A stretch of DNA of 61,902 nucleotides, filler included, from Choristocarpus tenellus KU-1152 (GCA_964200185.2; 11 parts of 11 records of this genome joined end to end with filler, not necessarily neighbours in it), one strand, 5' to 3'. Positions 25,101-39,130 are shown, counted from the whole stretch's first letter. The notes: a model not told the origin generated them from the letters alone. A program made the numbers and translations.

Positions 25101-28100
25101 GAAGAAGCGCTTGGACTGGTGGGAAGTCTATATAATCTATGGGTCCAAATCCAGGCTCATATGGATTTGACCTCATGCCGCAACCTGAATGGCCAGTACA
25201 ACAATGGAGTGACTGAGAACATGTGTGGGAAGCTTGGCAGTGGCCTGATGCTGCTATGGGTTTGCCTGGTGATTGTTTCGGTGCTGCTGGTGGCACTGGT
25301 GAGATAAAAAGAAAGTATTTCAATATGAAATTAATTTCTTTTTTCTTTTGGCTTGGATATATCGCTCCTTTTGAGTCGACTTGGACGCAGTTGTTGGTTT
25401 AGGGTTAGGGTTAGGGTTAGGGTTATCAATCGATGCGTCTGTTATGTTAGTAAGGGTTAACCCTAACCCTAACCCTATGTACAAACACTTCTTTTTTCTA
25501 TTGCGCAGCATTTTTTTTATTGCATAGGAAAGTCGTTAGCATATTTATTTGACAGACCAAAAAAAAAATTAGCAAGTTTTTCATCTTGTCGAGCCCTTAC
25601 CCTAAAGACATACGAGGGGTTGAAGACTGACGCTCGAGATTGTTCCATTTTTTTTCCTTCCTAGCTATGGCTCTGGAGCTTCACTGTGGCGAGAAAGAGT
25701 ATCCAAGCCACTAAGGGAGATCTAGAGATGGGTGAAGAAGAAGTGCGCTTCCAAGAAAGAGACCCTTTGCCTCTTCTTCCTACTGATAACAACACCCCTG
25801 AATTACTTTTAGCACCTTCCCCTGCTTCTGGTCTTGTACTGACCGCTAATTCTCCAGCCTCAATGGTTGGGAGGGAGGGGATAACACCATCACTACGTGC
25901 CATTTCCCCTTTCATGGGCTGGAGTTTAACCCCAAAGAGATCTGCAAGTTTTGACTTGGGAACAGCCAGCATGTATACTCTTCCCAAGAGCTCAACAGAT
26001 CGACCGCGCTTGGGGTCTGCAGAGGTTTTCCCGGCTTCTATGCCGGTCAATGGAGGCAGAAATGAGGGTGGTAATCGTCAGTTCCAGCCAGAGGTGAAGA
26101 GGCAGGCCTCAGAGGGGTGCATGCCCAAGGGTAGTTGGCGTCCTCCAACGCCAAGGATTTCAACCAGAATTGACACTGATGGGAATGCAAAGTCTGTAGG
26201 AGGGCTCCCCAAACATGGGACAGGGGGTGTTGCTCAGGTGGGGAGTAAAAACCCCTTTGCTGTTGGTTCCGAAGCGTTGCCTCGTGGAAAAGGTGACTGT
26301 GTGAAGGACAAATCAGGTGACCTCGAGGGTATTTGCAGTGTATCTAGCTGCAAGGGTGTTGGGAGTGCACCAACCCCTAAGGGTGTTGGCAGTGTGTGCA
26401 GCTCCAGGGATAGTGGTACTGAGTCCACCTCCAAGGGCATATTAAAGGTCTCCTCCTTCGAAGGGGTTGAGAGGACCTTGAGCATCAAGGGCAGTGGAAG
26501 CATCTCCCCCTCAAATAGCGTGAAGAATGACTCGAGTGTGAACGTAAAGAATGGTATTGACAGTGACACACACAAGAAAATTGACCAAAGCTTGGTGAAC
26601 ACTGGGACTCCCAGACCCAACAAGATGGCTCAGCTACCGTTTCCAGGAGGTACCCCTGCCTGGGTTTCAGTGGATGGTGAGGGGGTAGGAGGGGAGCAGG
26701 GAGAGTCACCCCCCCGATCGTGTGACCCTGAAGCACCTCTACGTTTGTCCCCAAACAGGCCTCGTGATCCTCACAAGGCCATGCGTCTCCACCCTGATAC
26801 GATTGCCCAAGCAGAGGCGACTTCGAGCGATGATGAGGAGATAGCAGTGGTGAAAACTGGTGATGGGAGTGGAAACGCCTGTGCTGAGGTTGTAGTAACT
26901 TCCCGAAAGCTGCAACAGCGCCAGCACCAGCAGCTCCTTTCCAGCAATGAACGCCCATCCTCCCTTAGGAAGAGGTCCTTCAGAGCAGGAGGACTTGCAG
27001 CAGGAGGGAGTGTCAAGCATGAGAAGGGGAAGGCAGGAGGAGACTTGGACCAGACCGTGTACTCTGGGAGCACTAGATCAGGCCAAACTAGAACGCGCTC
27101 AGTGATGGGCATGCCTAAGGTGTCAAGGATGCAAGGTTGTTCAGATGAAGAGGATGTGGAGCAGGAAGCACCTCGACTCAAAGAGGGTACACCCAAAGAG
27201 GGTACACCCAAATCATCATCGGCCAGGACTGGGAAGGACGATGCGGGGAAGAAGAAAGCAATGACTCCTCCACCTCCTCTTCCTCCAAGGCTAGGCAAAC
27301 GCACACAGAGTGATGATCAAGTTGGAGCCACCAACAGTTTGACTCCTAGGCCCACTAGTACTGTGCGCAGTAAGAGCGACAAGAGCCTTGGTGCAGGCAG
27401 GGCAGCAACTGGTACTCGTAGTAGCATGATGGACATACCTGAGGCACCCATTGAACGTGCTCCGTCACCTCCATCGAAGCAGTCCTCTCCTGCACCATTG
27501 AGCAGTCCACGAAAAATTGGACCGTCAACTTTGAAGGGTACTGGGTTCAAGAGCATGAGCTACAACATCTCCAATTCGAAGGCAGCAGTAGGGTCAGGAG
27601 GAGGACAGAAGAAGTTGGAAAGAACAAACAGGACACAGACATCATCTAGTCGTTTGATGAATAGCCGTTTAATCACGAAAACGAGTGTGGTTGGTCCCAG
27701 GTCCCCTGAGTCTATTGATGGGTCTGTCAAAGGGTCTGTCAAAGGAGTCCGAGGGAAGCCCGCCCTGAATAGGTCAATCTCAGTCTCCGATTCAAAGGCA
27801 GTACCGCAGTCAGGAGAAGGAAGGAGGAAGCTGAAGCAAAGTGAAAGATCGCAGTCATCGACTATTCATACGAGGAGTTTGACGGATTCAAGCGTTGGGT
27901 GTAGACGAAGGTCCCCTGAGCCTATTGATCGGCATGTGGATGAAGTCGGAGGGATATCCGCCCTGAATAGGTCAGTCTCGCATTCAAAGGCTGCAGCACG
28001 ATCAGGAGAGGGTCGGAGGAAATTGGAACGAAGTGACAGAACCCAATCGTCTTCTAGCACCACACTTGCAAACACTAGAGTTCGTGGTCGCAGGTCCCCT

Positions 28101-28157
28101 GAGCCTATTGATGGGCCTATAGATGAAATTGGAGGGATGAATACTTCATTGCGATAG
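22169..28157 (+). CDS. Tweety/prominin-like multi-pass membrane protein (~1261 aa) with long disordered C-terminus; exons 22169-22422, 22697-22874, 23208-23414, 23664-23910, 24382-24563, 25074-25298, 25665-28157
   Basis: Seven phase-consistent GT-AG exons from ATG to TAG. Five hydrophobic segments. DFCVNP, YYSEEC and SCRNLNGQY...C match Tweety-family cysteine motifs (recognised from memory, not searched). Confidence 0.82.
25399..25477. repeat. Interstitial (TTAGGG)4 facing AGGGTTAACCCTAACCCTAACCCTA in intron 6 of the Tweety-like gene
   Basis: Read directly from the sequence. Confidence 0.9.
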
Positions 28158-30252
28158 TTGTAAGAATTGGTGTTAAGGTCGGAGTCCTAGTGATGTTGAG
28201 GAGGGTACAGATTGTGTTCATTCCGTGGGTCGACCTTCCTGGGAGGCTATGGAGTGCGATTTATTGTATTTGACTCTTCTTTCTTTTCACATATACCAGG
28301 ATTGGAGAAGATTGTTGAGAAATCTTCTCACTTGTTGTATGATGGGTCCAGTTTTAATTCTTCAATTATCGGTTTAGTTAGGAGTATGGTATGGCTAAGA
28401 AAAATAATGGAGCTGTTGATGGTGCATGTGGAATTACTTGTGCCATTCGGGATAAATGGATATTGTCGTACCTCTCTACTGACTTTCGATTTCCAAGCTG
28501 ACAGAAAACAGGGAGTTTATGGAATAGTTGGCGATCAGCCTGTGAAAATGCGATGTTAAAAAAAAAGCTGGATGGGTCTATCATTTTCCAAGTGAAGTCC
28601 ATATGGACATGTTTGTTTAGTGGTAGGGTTGCAGATTGGTTGGATTGGAGTTCGTTTGTTTGTCAAATTTGTGTCTGCGTGAAAGTTGGGGTGCTGGCTC
28701 GTATGATTGTGTACGTTGCTTGTTGTGTTGAAGGCGTGTAGTTCATGTGCTCTTTGTAATTTGTATCCCTTGATAATTGTGTGCTGTCTAACACAAGTAC
28801 TTCAGTCCTTGGCAGAGTGATACTGGCTGTTTTCAAACGGCACTGTTTGAGTCTACTTGCTAAGGGTGAAAATACCTGTGTGTGTGTGACATATACCACC
28901 TACATAGGTGTATGTTTTAATGTTTTGTGTATCTGTCATGGTCGAAACAGTGGGTGAATGGCTTGTATGCTCTGTGTCTGTGCAACTCCAGGTCAATTTT
29001 CTTGATTGTGCATGTTCATCTGACTTTTATGCTTTGTCCCTTTTTTTGTGTCTTTGTAATTGTTGTTTGATTGCTTCAATTGAGGCTGAGGCACGTCTCA
29101 ATATTGGTACAATCGATTGCAAGGAACATCTCAAATGTTGTTTGAAGGGTCACCCCTAATGATTTCTTATTGACTTGGTTTTGTCATACCTTTGCCGTTT
29201 GCCCTATAGTGCATTGTTGAGGTGTCTATTCTCTACATGTAGAGAGTAAGTGAAAAGAGTCCTCTTTCTAGTTCTATTTATTTTTCTTCACAGTGGGGTA
29301 TACCATTGGAAATGCTGGAGTTTTCCTTATTCAAGGCTTAGAATTGTTGAGAGATAGAGGCAGAAGAAATAAGTGTTCATTTATTGCGCTCACAGGTATA
29401 ATTATGATGTATTTTGTAAAGGCCTCTTTTCATCGATTTCTTCGGGAATCTCTTTTTTCTGCATCTGGTGGTACAACTTCTGTGTGTACAGTGGGGTACA
29501 GTCGTATTGTTTCAAGGCGTTCCAGTCATGGATATGTACCATTTTGGTGATTTCCTCTTCAACTTCAGAACCATAGGGGTTCTATGAAAATGACATACAA
29601 ACAAAAAATCATGAAAGACTGAGTCTGCTTAATAAGTAAATATGCCTTGTAGTAGTACTACTACTTATATACCAACACTAGCGCTAAATTACTCATTGCT
29701 GCATATACAACGTAATTGCCCATGTGCTATTACTCCTGGTTCCGCTTACTCGTTCACTCAATCCTCAATATCTGACACGAGAAGTTTAGTTTTAGGACAA
29801 CTATAATTGAGATATAGAAGGAGAGCCATCCACGTAAGACGTTGTTTCATCAAAAACAGAGACGGATATTTTTTGGAGCAAGAACTTCCCCATGCAGCAA
29901 TAGTAGAAAAAATCTGGTTGTGAAGTGAGGTGGGTGTACGTGGGTTAGGAGTTGGGTTGTTGATTGGTGAACCAGTTCAACAGAGTAACTCAACCAAACC
30001 AGTAACGATATTTCAGAAGAGCTTCAAAACTGGACTGAAGGAGATAATATGTAGAAGACGTAATACTGGACCCGCTATGTTCTCAATCGATGAGGAAGAA
30101 CCACACACAATAGTGGAATCGCTCCATTTCTAAGAGGTGTTATTACCCATGTTTCCAAAGTACTATAAATTAAGCTTTTCTATGTTTCCAATTCTATTCC
30201 GAACTTATTATTGCTATCAATTGCAAGTAACAGCCGATTTCAAAAATTGAGG

Positions 30253-30365
30253 ATGGAGCTTTTCATTGAGGATGGGCTTGACCCAAAACAATAAATTAAA
30301 TAAACAAATCGACACTTTATCCCAGTCAATTTTGGGTCAAGCCCATCCTCAATGAAAAGCTCCAT
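30253..30365. repeat. Perfect 36-bp inverted repeat with 41-nt spacer, cut by contig end; related sequence at 56420-56470
   Basis: ATGGAGCTTTTCATTGAGGATGGGCTTGACCCAAAA / TTTTGGGTCAAGCCCATCCTCAATGAAAAGCTCCAT. Confidence 0.9.
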
Positions 30366-30465
30366 NNNNNNNNNNNNNNNNNNNNNNNNNNNNNNNNNNN
30401 NNNNNNNNNTTAATTAATTAANNNNNNNNNNNNNNNNNNNNNNNNNNNNNNNNNNNNNNNNNNNN

Positions 30466-30712
30466 ATGTTGACACCTCCTAATAAACACGGTAGCCAAAA
30501 TTACATTGAACTTGCAAAACTGAATTTTGGCCCCCAAATGGACGCAGCTCTACCCTCTAAGATACTTTGGCTCTTTGTTACGAAAAGGTATGTCCAGAAC
30601 AATGATATTGACACTCCCTAACAAACACAATAGCCAAAATTACATCGAAATTGCAACTTTGGATTTTGGTCCCCAAATAGATGTGGCTCTACCCTCCAAG
30701 ATACTTTGGCTC
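30466..30712 (-). mobile_element. Two consecutive MITE ends (30466-30573 and 30574-30712), probably one copy nested in another
   Basis: TACCCTC(T/C)AAGATACTTTGGCTC occurs twice, each preceded by MITE internal sequence. Confidence 0.85.
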
Positions 30713-30810
30713 TCTTGTCCTATGGCAAACAGTTGGCTACTGTGAATATAGTATAATAGGCACAATCACCAGTCTCCAAGAATTTATATTCACCCCTTGT
30801 ATTGACCCAG

Positions 30811-33800
30811 GCTTCTGGAGTGTAATAGTCACGGCAATGCTGATTTACTCAAGGGAGCAATGCCATGAGAAATGGGGCAAGACTCTGTGGCCTGACATAG
30901 CCCAAGTGGTAATAACCAGCTGTACTAGGTGTGGTTGGGTGTGATACAGGCAACATTCTGACTACATTTGGTCCAAATCGTTCAAGTCGCAGGTGGTGAA
31001 GAACTGCAGTAGTTGATGTTGTGCCCAGTCCCTATTGATTGCATACAACTTACCACTCCTGATTATTGTGTAGCAGAATTGTTTCTATGTGTTGGCACAT
31101 TCTGAGTATTAGGATTTAGATGTGTAGTGGTCTGTTCAGGACAAAATCCTGACATTCACCCCTCGAGCTCCTGCTGTACTTGGAATTGCTCTTAAGTGTC
31201 AAGAGCTGTGAGGACACCAACAAGACTTTCGTTGTATGAGTTGTACTCTTTTTTGCTGGTCAAGCAATACCTTCCCATCCAAGGCCTTTTTATTCCTTTT
31301 CAAATGAGCACTCTCCATTGCATTCCTGCAGAGGCTTTCTTCTTCAGATGTGGCCTTACTTCACGCTGAAGATGGCCCTGAACTGTGAGGATACTTTGCC
31401 TTGGTGGAAAAATGTGGCCATGGCGGCAATTGACCCGCTGTACAAATTGGCTGTGTTTGCGCTCTTGGTGAGAGTGCCATTTCAAGGATATAGTTTACTG
31501 GGAAGATTTCATGGATACAGAACTGCCCTCCTTTCGGGATGAAGACTGCTTTTCCCACATGTTAGGGCTTTGAGTTTGTCTAATCATGACTGTACAGTGC
31601 ATATTGCACCATATACAACAACATATACGCATATCTACACTACCATGGCTTGCCATGGAATTTCAGCTTTGGGCACTATAGGCAATGCTACATAAAGATA
31701 AATTTGACCCAACGCACTCTAACCAAATCAACATACCTCTCAGGCACCTAGCCTGGACAGTATTGAGAATGCTACTACTTCGAGTTTGCAATGACCACCT
31801 TTAATGTCAAAGTGCACCTTAGGAAAAATGTGTTGTGCATGTGTTGCTCAAGCACACACCTCTCACTCAGTACAATGTAGTCAAGTAAGGGGCGGCAAAT
31901 GATGCCACGCCTGATGCTCTACCCAGCTTATACCTGCCACAAATTCCAGCAGGTTCATCCCCCCCCCCTCTCTCTTTAGAACCTTCACCTCAACATTACC
32001 CACACAAAGCAAAGGTTGTTGTTTGCAAGTCCTAGTTCACTCAACTCCACTATAGGTTACTGCATATCTTGAATATTGCCCACCACTACCCCTTTTGAAT
32101 TCAACAGGGCAAGGGTCCTCTGGAGGGGGAAAGGTTGGGCGTTCCACTCTTTGTGTTATTTTCCGCCAATGTGTTTGCCAACTGTAACTATGCTGCTGGG
32201 CGCCTTAACCCTGCTGCAAAGGTAAGGCCATTAGGTTCTGCTTGGGAGTTGTCATTGATGTGCCTCTACTCACTGTGACAAGATTGACACATACCCGACG
32301 AACATGTACCTCTTTTTGGTAGTTTTTGTTTTATTTTTCTTCCGTCTTGCTCTGTCATGTTTCTGCGCTCTCCCTCTTCATTTGTCTAAGAATTTCGGAG
32401 GCGGGTGCACACTATTGAGTGCTCAGTAGACGCCTGAAAGCTCTTGACCCCTCATTGCTATTGTTGAAATCACAGTCCAAGTATATTAAGCCCAGGCAGA
32501 GTTGGTGTTTTTCTATGTCCTTTTGCATGTACTGAAGGGTTGGGGTTGGCTTTCTGAGATGCCTGTGTTGTTGGCCCAAACCAAAACTGAGTTTCTTTTG
32601 CACTGAAATCATTGTAGACAACAAGATACTGCTTAGTAACAGTATGGTGCTTAGCAGGTACTGTCATTAGATAAAACCACCAACGCCTTCCACGAATGGT
32701 TGTTCTGGTACTGTCCCAACACTATCCCCCCAATACTCTCACAATAGCAAACACTAATGCCACTGTCCTGTACAGCACGTTCTGATGCTGAAGCTGTTGG
32801 TGCCCCTCTATCTTCCTGCGATAGTGGCGGTTATCTTCACAAAGGTGCTTCTCCCTGTGTTCTCTGTTGCAGAGGGATTCACACAGCAACTGTACATATA
32901 TGGAGCTGTAACGGTTCTTGCATTGCTGAGGTGCGACTCCCATAATTGCCATTCCAATTTATCTCTCCTTTCTTTTTTGAGGACAGCTGCTTCCTACCAG
33001 AAGTGCCTCAACGTGGTTGCACTAGAGCAGTTCAAAGCACTTAATAGTGTAGGATTCGTGAACAACATGAAAAAAGAAAGAGGATAAGAAACAGCCCATG
33101 GTAGCTCAAGCTCGAATCTGTCTCAAACTGCCTAGGGGGTTGAAGGTCATTCACTGTTAAGAATAGGGACTATATACCATTGCGAATGCATCTCTCAACA
33201 CAACATTTCTGTCGTGCTTTGGTCCCCAAGTATTGATGCCGCGAGCATCATAGGTGATGGGTATCGTGCAGGCATACTAGCCAACTCTGATGAAGACAGC
33301 AACAATTCAACATAACAACAGGCTCAAATTTCAAGATTCTGAGACAAGAAAACCCTAACACATGCATCCTTCTTATGTGCACACCTTTATAAGCACACAA
33401 CATAACACACACACACACACACACAAATTCATCATCTGCGAAGAAAATATGAGCAGCTACTGAATCTTGACATTGACCTTATTCTGACTGCTTTCTTCAA
33501 GGACCCTGGCAGGAGCTTTTATCCACTTCACCCCAGAGCTAGACCCAACTAGGGGTGCTGTTCTTCTGATCAACATCATTGGACTTAACTCTGTTCTCCT
33601 TCGTACACTGCAAGCTGGGCTCTTCTCACTCAGGGCCAAGGTGTAGCAATCGATACGCACTGGCAGTTACAGTTACAGTTACACTTCCTAGTAGGTGTTT
33701 GAGGCAAAGAGTGGAAGACAGTATTGGATACGATCTGACTGCTCACAGTGGTGACAGCATCGCACTTGTGCAAAGCTTTAGGGTGTATTCGCGATTATAT

Positions 33801-35811
33801 GCTAGCAGATATAACCCATGAGGTTAATAGGGACTTGCAGATGCTTTCTGGCTTCTCATGGGTTGAAGGCATTTGCAGGCCCTATGTGGGAGGTTCTGCA
33901 CAGTAAAAAGCAGCTGTGACACTGTTGTCACATCAGAAGGTCTCGATCAGGTACATGCTAGTATTCTTTTTTCTGTGCATGTATATTGTACCTGCGCTAA
34001 AAACTATATCAATACCTTTGGCATTTGTGGGTATACTATGCTGTGCAACAATACTCTCTCCCCTAATAACTTGTTGCTGAGAACCCATGCATGCTTTAAT
34101 CTTTCTCCTCAATGTCAAGGTTTTCAATGCTCTGCTGGTGGGCTTCTTAGAGATGATTGCACCCATGATTGTTCCTTACCTGGACTGTGTATGGTTTGTC
34201 CTGAGGGAGCACTCACTGCCCACACACTTTGATATGGATCCCCGGAGGTGAGCTCAAGTATTGTTGGTGATAATGATGACACCGACCACGACGTATTTTT
34301 TATATTGTTGCATTGAAGGGTTAGGGGGATGGGGGAAAAATAAGCCACATGTACTATGATGGAATAGTGACCCAGTCAAATGCCTTTCACCTTCAACCTA
34401 TCCTATCTCTCCTGTATGTTGTTTTACTGTTGTAAGCGCTGTTATTATAATAATTATTATTATGATCACTATTGGTATTGTCATTATTATTATTAGAATA
34501 GCTAGTGCAACTTATTAGTGTCTGTTTCATTACATACCTGCATCCTACGTAAGGCTGCTGACATCACCCACCACATGATAAAGCATAACATTCCCCCTGG
34601 GTTGGTATTAAGCCAAAGTTTCTTTTTCTTGGGAGGACACCATGTATCCCTGGGTTGGTATTGAGCACAAAGCACATCTTATTATGGCCAGAGTTTGATA
34701 TCATAATTACGAACTCCAATGTGTAAGGAAGCACAGCTACCAACTCACAATCCCACAACATTTCATCTATGCCTGCAGTTCTTACGTACCTTCCTCCTTC
34801 TTTGTTACTATAATATTAGTTGTTATTCGTATAAAATTACCATTATTATTAAATTACCACTATTATTAAATTACCACTATCATTATCACTATCATTATCA
34901 CTATCACTGAGATGTCGTCAGGCCTCGTTTTTGGTTCAACGGTTCCTCCTACCTCCTTGGAAGCATGCCATTGCTTGTCAAGAAAATGCTGAGTGAATGA
35001 CATACCTTTTGTCCAGAGTCCTAGTATCCCCAATGTTCATCCCTCAAGTAGCCCTCAAGCCCTTGTTCTTTGAAGCTTGGTTACAGAACAAGTGTTGACC
35101 GGCCTTCAGTTTCTTCTGCCCTACTGCACTGTAAAACATTTTGAGTATACCCCCACAATGAGCCTACAAAATACACTGCTTCTGAGTTGGATAAATAGAC
35201 TGTTTGAACAAATAGAGTGGTGTAGGTATATCCTACAGTGTAGTGCCAACAACTCAAACGGCCTGAAGTATCTTTCTGTAGACTTTTATGTGTTCCCATG
35301 GTATAAAAAATGAACAACACTACGGTACTCTTTACTAATATTCATTGAACCATATAAAATTGACGCAGTTAGAATATCAGGGGTGCCCTGGACTTCCTTT
35401 AGAGAGGTGACAGGCAAAAATGTTTCTCACGTTACACCAGACCAATTGGGGCTCTCATCTCAACCGCCAAACTATTGAACAAATCAAGTACAGACCCCAA
35501 TTCTGTGTGTGTGTAAAAAATCAATTTTCATCAGTGAGCCTGAGAGTAAATTTGAAACAAGTCACAATTAGCCTGCCTATCCCTGCATTGGCGTGGTGAT
35601 GCAGGAAGAGGATATTTGCGGATATGGTCACACTGATGAACAAGCTGGAGTGTGCAGCTGTCATGACAACCTGCGGCTTTCTCTTTCTCATTGATCACCT
35701 ATATTCCAATACCGGGCTTGAAACGAGCATCAGCCTCTTCTCAACACATGCAACCGCGCTGCTAGGGGTTGAGGCTACCTACGAGATCGTCTTGTACTTA
35801 TTTCTTGCAAG
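30811..35811 (+). CDS. Uncharacterised multi-pass membrane protein, internal fragment; exons 30811-30908, 31348-31467, 32776-32930, 33553-33640, 34120-34247, 35605-35811
   Basis: GT-AG exons with matching phases give FWSVIVTAML...DIAQV|MWPYFTLK...FALL|HVLMLK...ALLR|GAVLLINIIG...RAK|VFNALLVG...DPRR|KRIFADMVTLMNKLE...; many hydrophobic helices. An additional exon may have been missed. Confidence 0.7.
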
Positions 35812-36105
35812 GTGAGTGCTAGGGTTAGGGAGAGGCTTAGAGGATAGGCTTAGGGATAAGCTTACCCCCCGACCTGACCAGAGAGGAGAACACGATGAAG
35901 TGAATCTGTATCCTGAATACGCATAGTAGAGATTTTTTTTGGTGTGGTTACAAAGACATTTTGTAAGGCATTTTTCGAATACAAGCAATTGCACCAATTA
36001 GGTTGATGCCCAAGAGGACCGTCTCTGTTTCCCACGGTCGTTGTTTAACAGTGATCACTTTACCCTACTCCTGGTGCAATACAGGGCAGCACACTCACTC
36101 ACAGC

Positions 36106-36137
36106 GGCTCAAAGTATCTGGGGGTGGGGGGGTGGGG
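36106..36137 (+). mobile_element. Terminus of poly-G sister family of the MITE; same terminus at 19828-19849(-), 40323-40361(+), 40462-40499(-), 48573-48620(+), 56294-56318(+)
   Basis: 5 variable nt + (A/C)AA(G/A)TATCTGGG followed by G-runs; the 40323 copy continues into GTCCATTTGG like the MITE. Confidence 0.75.
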
Positions 36138-36280
36138 NNNNNNNNNNNNNNNNNNNNNNNNNNNNNNNNNNNNNNNNNNNNTTAATTAATTAANNNNNNN
36201 NNNNNNNNNNNNNNNNNNNNNNNNNNNNNNNNNNNNNGGGAGAAGTGAGGATGGCGCGGGGGGGGGGGGGGGGGGGGAGT

Positions 36281-36313
<33 letters not shown>

Positions 36314-39130
36314 GATAAACGACACCGTCTGTGAGATAAAGAAAAAAAGAAAAGAAACAGAGGAGGATACGTTACATTCTTCGTACAAACAGTGGGTGGC
36401 ATAGTGTGTTCGGCAGGACTGGGTGAATCTTGATTCAGTGAGGGTGTGTGGATGTATGTACGTTGGATGGACGAAGTAGAGACTTTGAAGTGTTGTTAGA
36501 GGTGCTCCTGTAATATTGAAGTAGTTATTAGTAGAGAGTTGAGACTACAATTTTTTGTTGATATGAAAGGCTGGTGTGTGCAACAGGGTTGAGCTCTATG
36601 TGATGAACAGTGTTCGAGCACATGACCATTTTTGCGGGGGAAAGAGGGGGGAGGGGGTTGTTGATGCCCAAGGGCCTGCATATTGACACTTGATAGCAAA
36701 AATTATCTGCTGTTGTTGTTGAAAAAAGCTAGCTCGATTTGTGGGAGGTGGCTGCATCCCCCCATCTGATTTTAACAACCACTGAAGCAGAACAACTGTC
36801 ATATTTCGATTTGTAACTCGTTTAGAGCTCAAGGAGGAAGGTGAGGCTTAAGAGGGTTCAGAGGGTTCGGGGTTAACCCTCAACATGTACCTGTCCATAT
36901 TATGGGATTCTTCAATGGGTTAGCGTTGGGGTTAGGTGTCAGCATTTGAGAGCTTTCACTTGGTCCATATGAACATAAGAGTGATGATTACACTTCCTAC
37001 ACAAAACATATATTTCCCCATTTTTTTGTATGAATATGTGTGTGTGTGCTGATTAGTAGAAAAGATATTAATAGCCACTGTCACTGCAATCGTACTGCAT
37101 ACACTCATGTTCTTTTTACTTCATGTGTTTTTCCATTTTGTACAAGGTGATACTGTGACGGGCTTATTTTAACCTGGCCAATAATAGAGTAGTATTTAAT
37201 AAAACAACAACAGGCTTATCTCGTGGGGGACTTGGTTTTTCTTTTTACGCCATCACCACACAGTAACTGCTGTGTGTGCTCGTTCATACCTTACTGTTTG
37301 TATTAATGCCACACCATTCTTTGTGACTACGTGGACTAAAAAGGTACATTGGCGATGCACCATCACCCTCCATGCAGTCTTGCAGCACTTGGTAAGAATT
37401 TCGATATACTTGTGTTGAACCTACCTGTTCTTTTAATGTTGAAGTTGAGTTACTATTCCAAAAGTCTTACATAATTTCAGTCCTGAGGAGCACTTACAAT
37501 GATATTGAATATATTGAACAATAAGTGGAGTGTGCGGTCAAGCAAAACCTCGCCATATCTTCACCTTGCAATGAATGATATAGGCAATGCACAGTAGTGG
37601 AGTGCATGTAGTGAAACGATATTCCCGAGTATATATATTTAATTTTTGTCCGCCTATCTTTATCATTTCATGTAGTTTTCTACCCCTTCGAGACAGACAC
37701 TGCACAAGCGGTCCTAATAAACATTGGGTCACACTCTTCAAATATTTGTCTTTTTGTGAGAAGTATTTTTCAAGTATTGTTTATGTAAGTCCTCCGCTTG
37801 AGAAATCATTGTTGTAACACTGTTGAAAAGGGGACATGAGGATAGGCCAGCGAGTGTGACTACACGCCAGCGCACACACCACAGACACGAATTGGTATGA
37901 AATAGGTGAACATGGGATACGTTCCACAAGTTTTTTTTCTTTTTCCACAACTGCTAATATAACCCAGACAAAATGAAATAGTATTTTAGTAGTGATACTC
38001 TGGAGCAAATGTATGCACCAAATTGCAGTTTGGAGAAATAATTCAGAACAATTCCAACACCGATCATAGAATTATTTTTATGTATTAATTAATATTAACG
38101 GTGATGTAGGGCATGAAGTTGCGTCATCCTTCCAAGTCATAGTTGTCATGGCCTTGAAAAGTTAATGTTAAAACAATTGAACTGGATCAGAATGTTTTAA
38201 CAGAGTACTCCATATTATTCATCATGTCAGTGATAGGTTTGCAGACCCTTAGTTAGACAACGCGACGGAAGGACACGGTTTGCATTGTCTAAGTTCCTTG
38301 ATAGATGATCATCCTTACTTGAAGTGGCTACAAATTATTTTGATATGTGTATATATTGAGGTATACTACAGAAGTATATCTATTAGCCAGTAAAATTAAC
38401 ATAATATATTACTGCTATATTCTTGCTGCCCGACTTTGTTCTAGGTGAGGTGGTGGAAGGTGGTGGTGTGAGGGAGGCGAGATAGAGAGAGATAGACGAC
38501 AAGCAAGTGGAAATAACTATACATAGGTACTTTGCATATGATGTAGTGACATTTATTCTGTGCATGATATGATTGTACACGTAAGGGTCATCTACAGGGA
38601 GACAGAGGCGTAAGCGGAATGAAATGATTGTGCTGCAGCTACAATCCTGGCTGTATCTTCAGCAATTCTACTCGCTTCATCAAGTACAATCCAGAAGGCC
38701 CTTTTTTGTCTAATCGTGCTTTTTGGTAGTAGTAACATTCTTCCGATTTTGGGCATTTTTTTGTATCATCATCTGTGGCAAAGCACTTACCATTTCGTCC
38801 TTACCTGGACTGCCTGGACTGTTCAGAGTTCGTTATTTCAAAGATACCATTTACTCATAATATGCGTTACAAGATAGACAGGTGGGCCAAGATTATATAG
38901 TCATGATAAATGGAGGTTCTATCGACCACCTGTTGATGTCTTGGGTATTCTGTAGGTTTTCTATGGATCGTTGATCATTGTACGAACGGGATCCACAAAA
39001 TAATTCATCACGATCACGAATTCTGCACAAACTGCACACGCAAACCCGTTTAGGTTCCTCGATAAAAAAACACCCTATTATTTGTTCATAATTGATAAAT
39101 AAACAAAATTACTTGTGATTGCCAATAATA

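Noticed and set aside
25661-28075. Multiple minus-strand ORFs over the last exon of the Tweety-like gene
   Set aside because: Antisense shadows of a long low-complexity exon.
36500-38900. Possible exons upstream of the tRNA
   Set aside because: Could not build a phase-consistent chain or recognise a protein.
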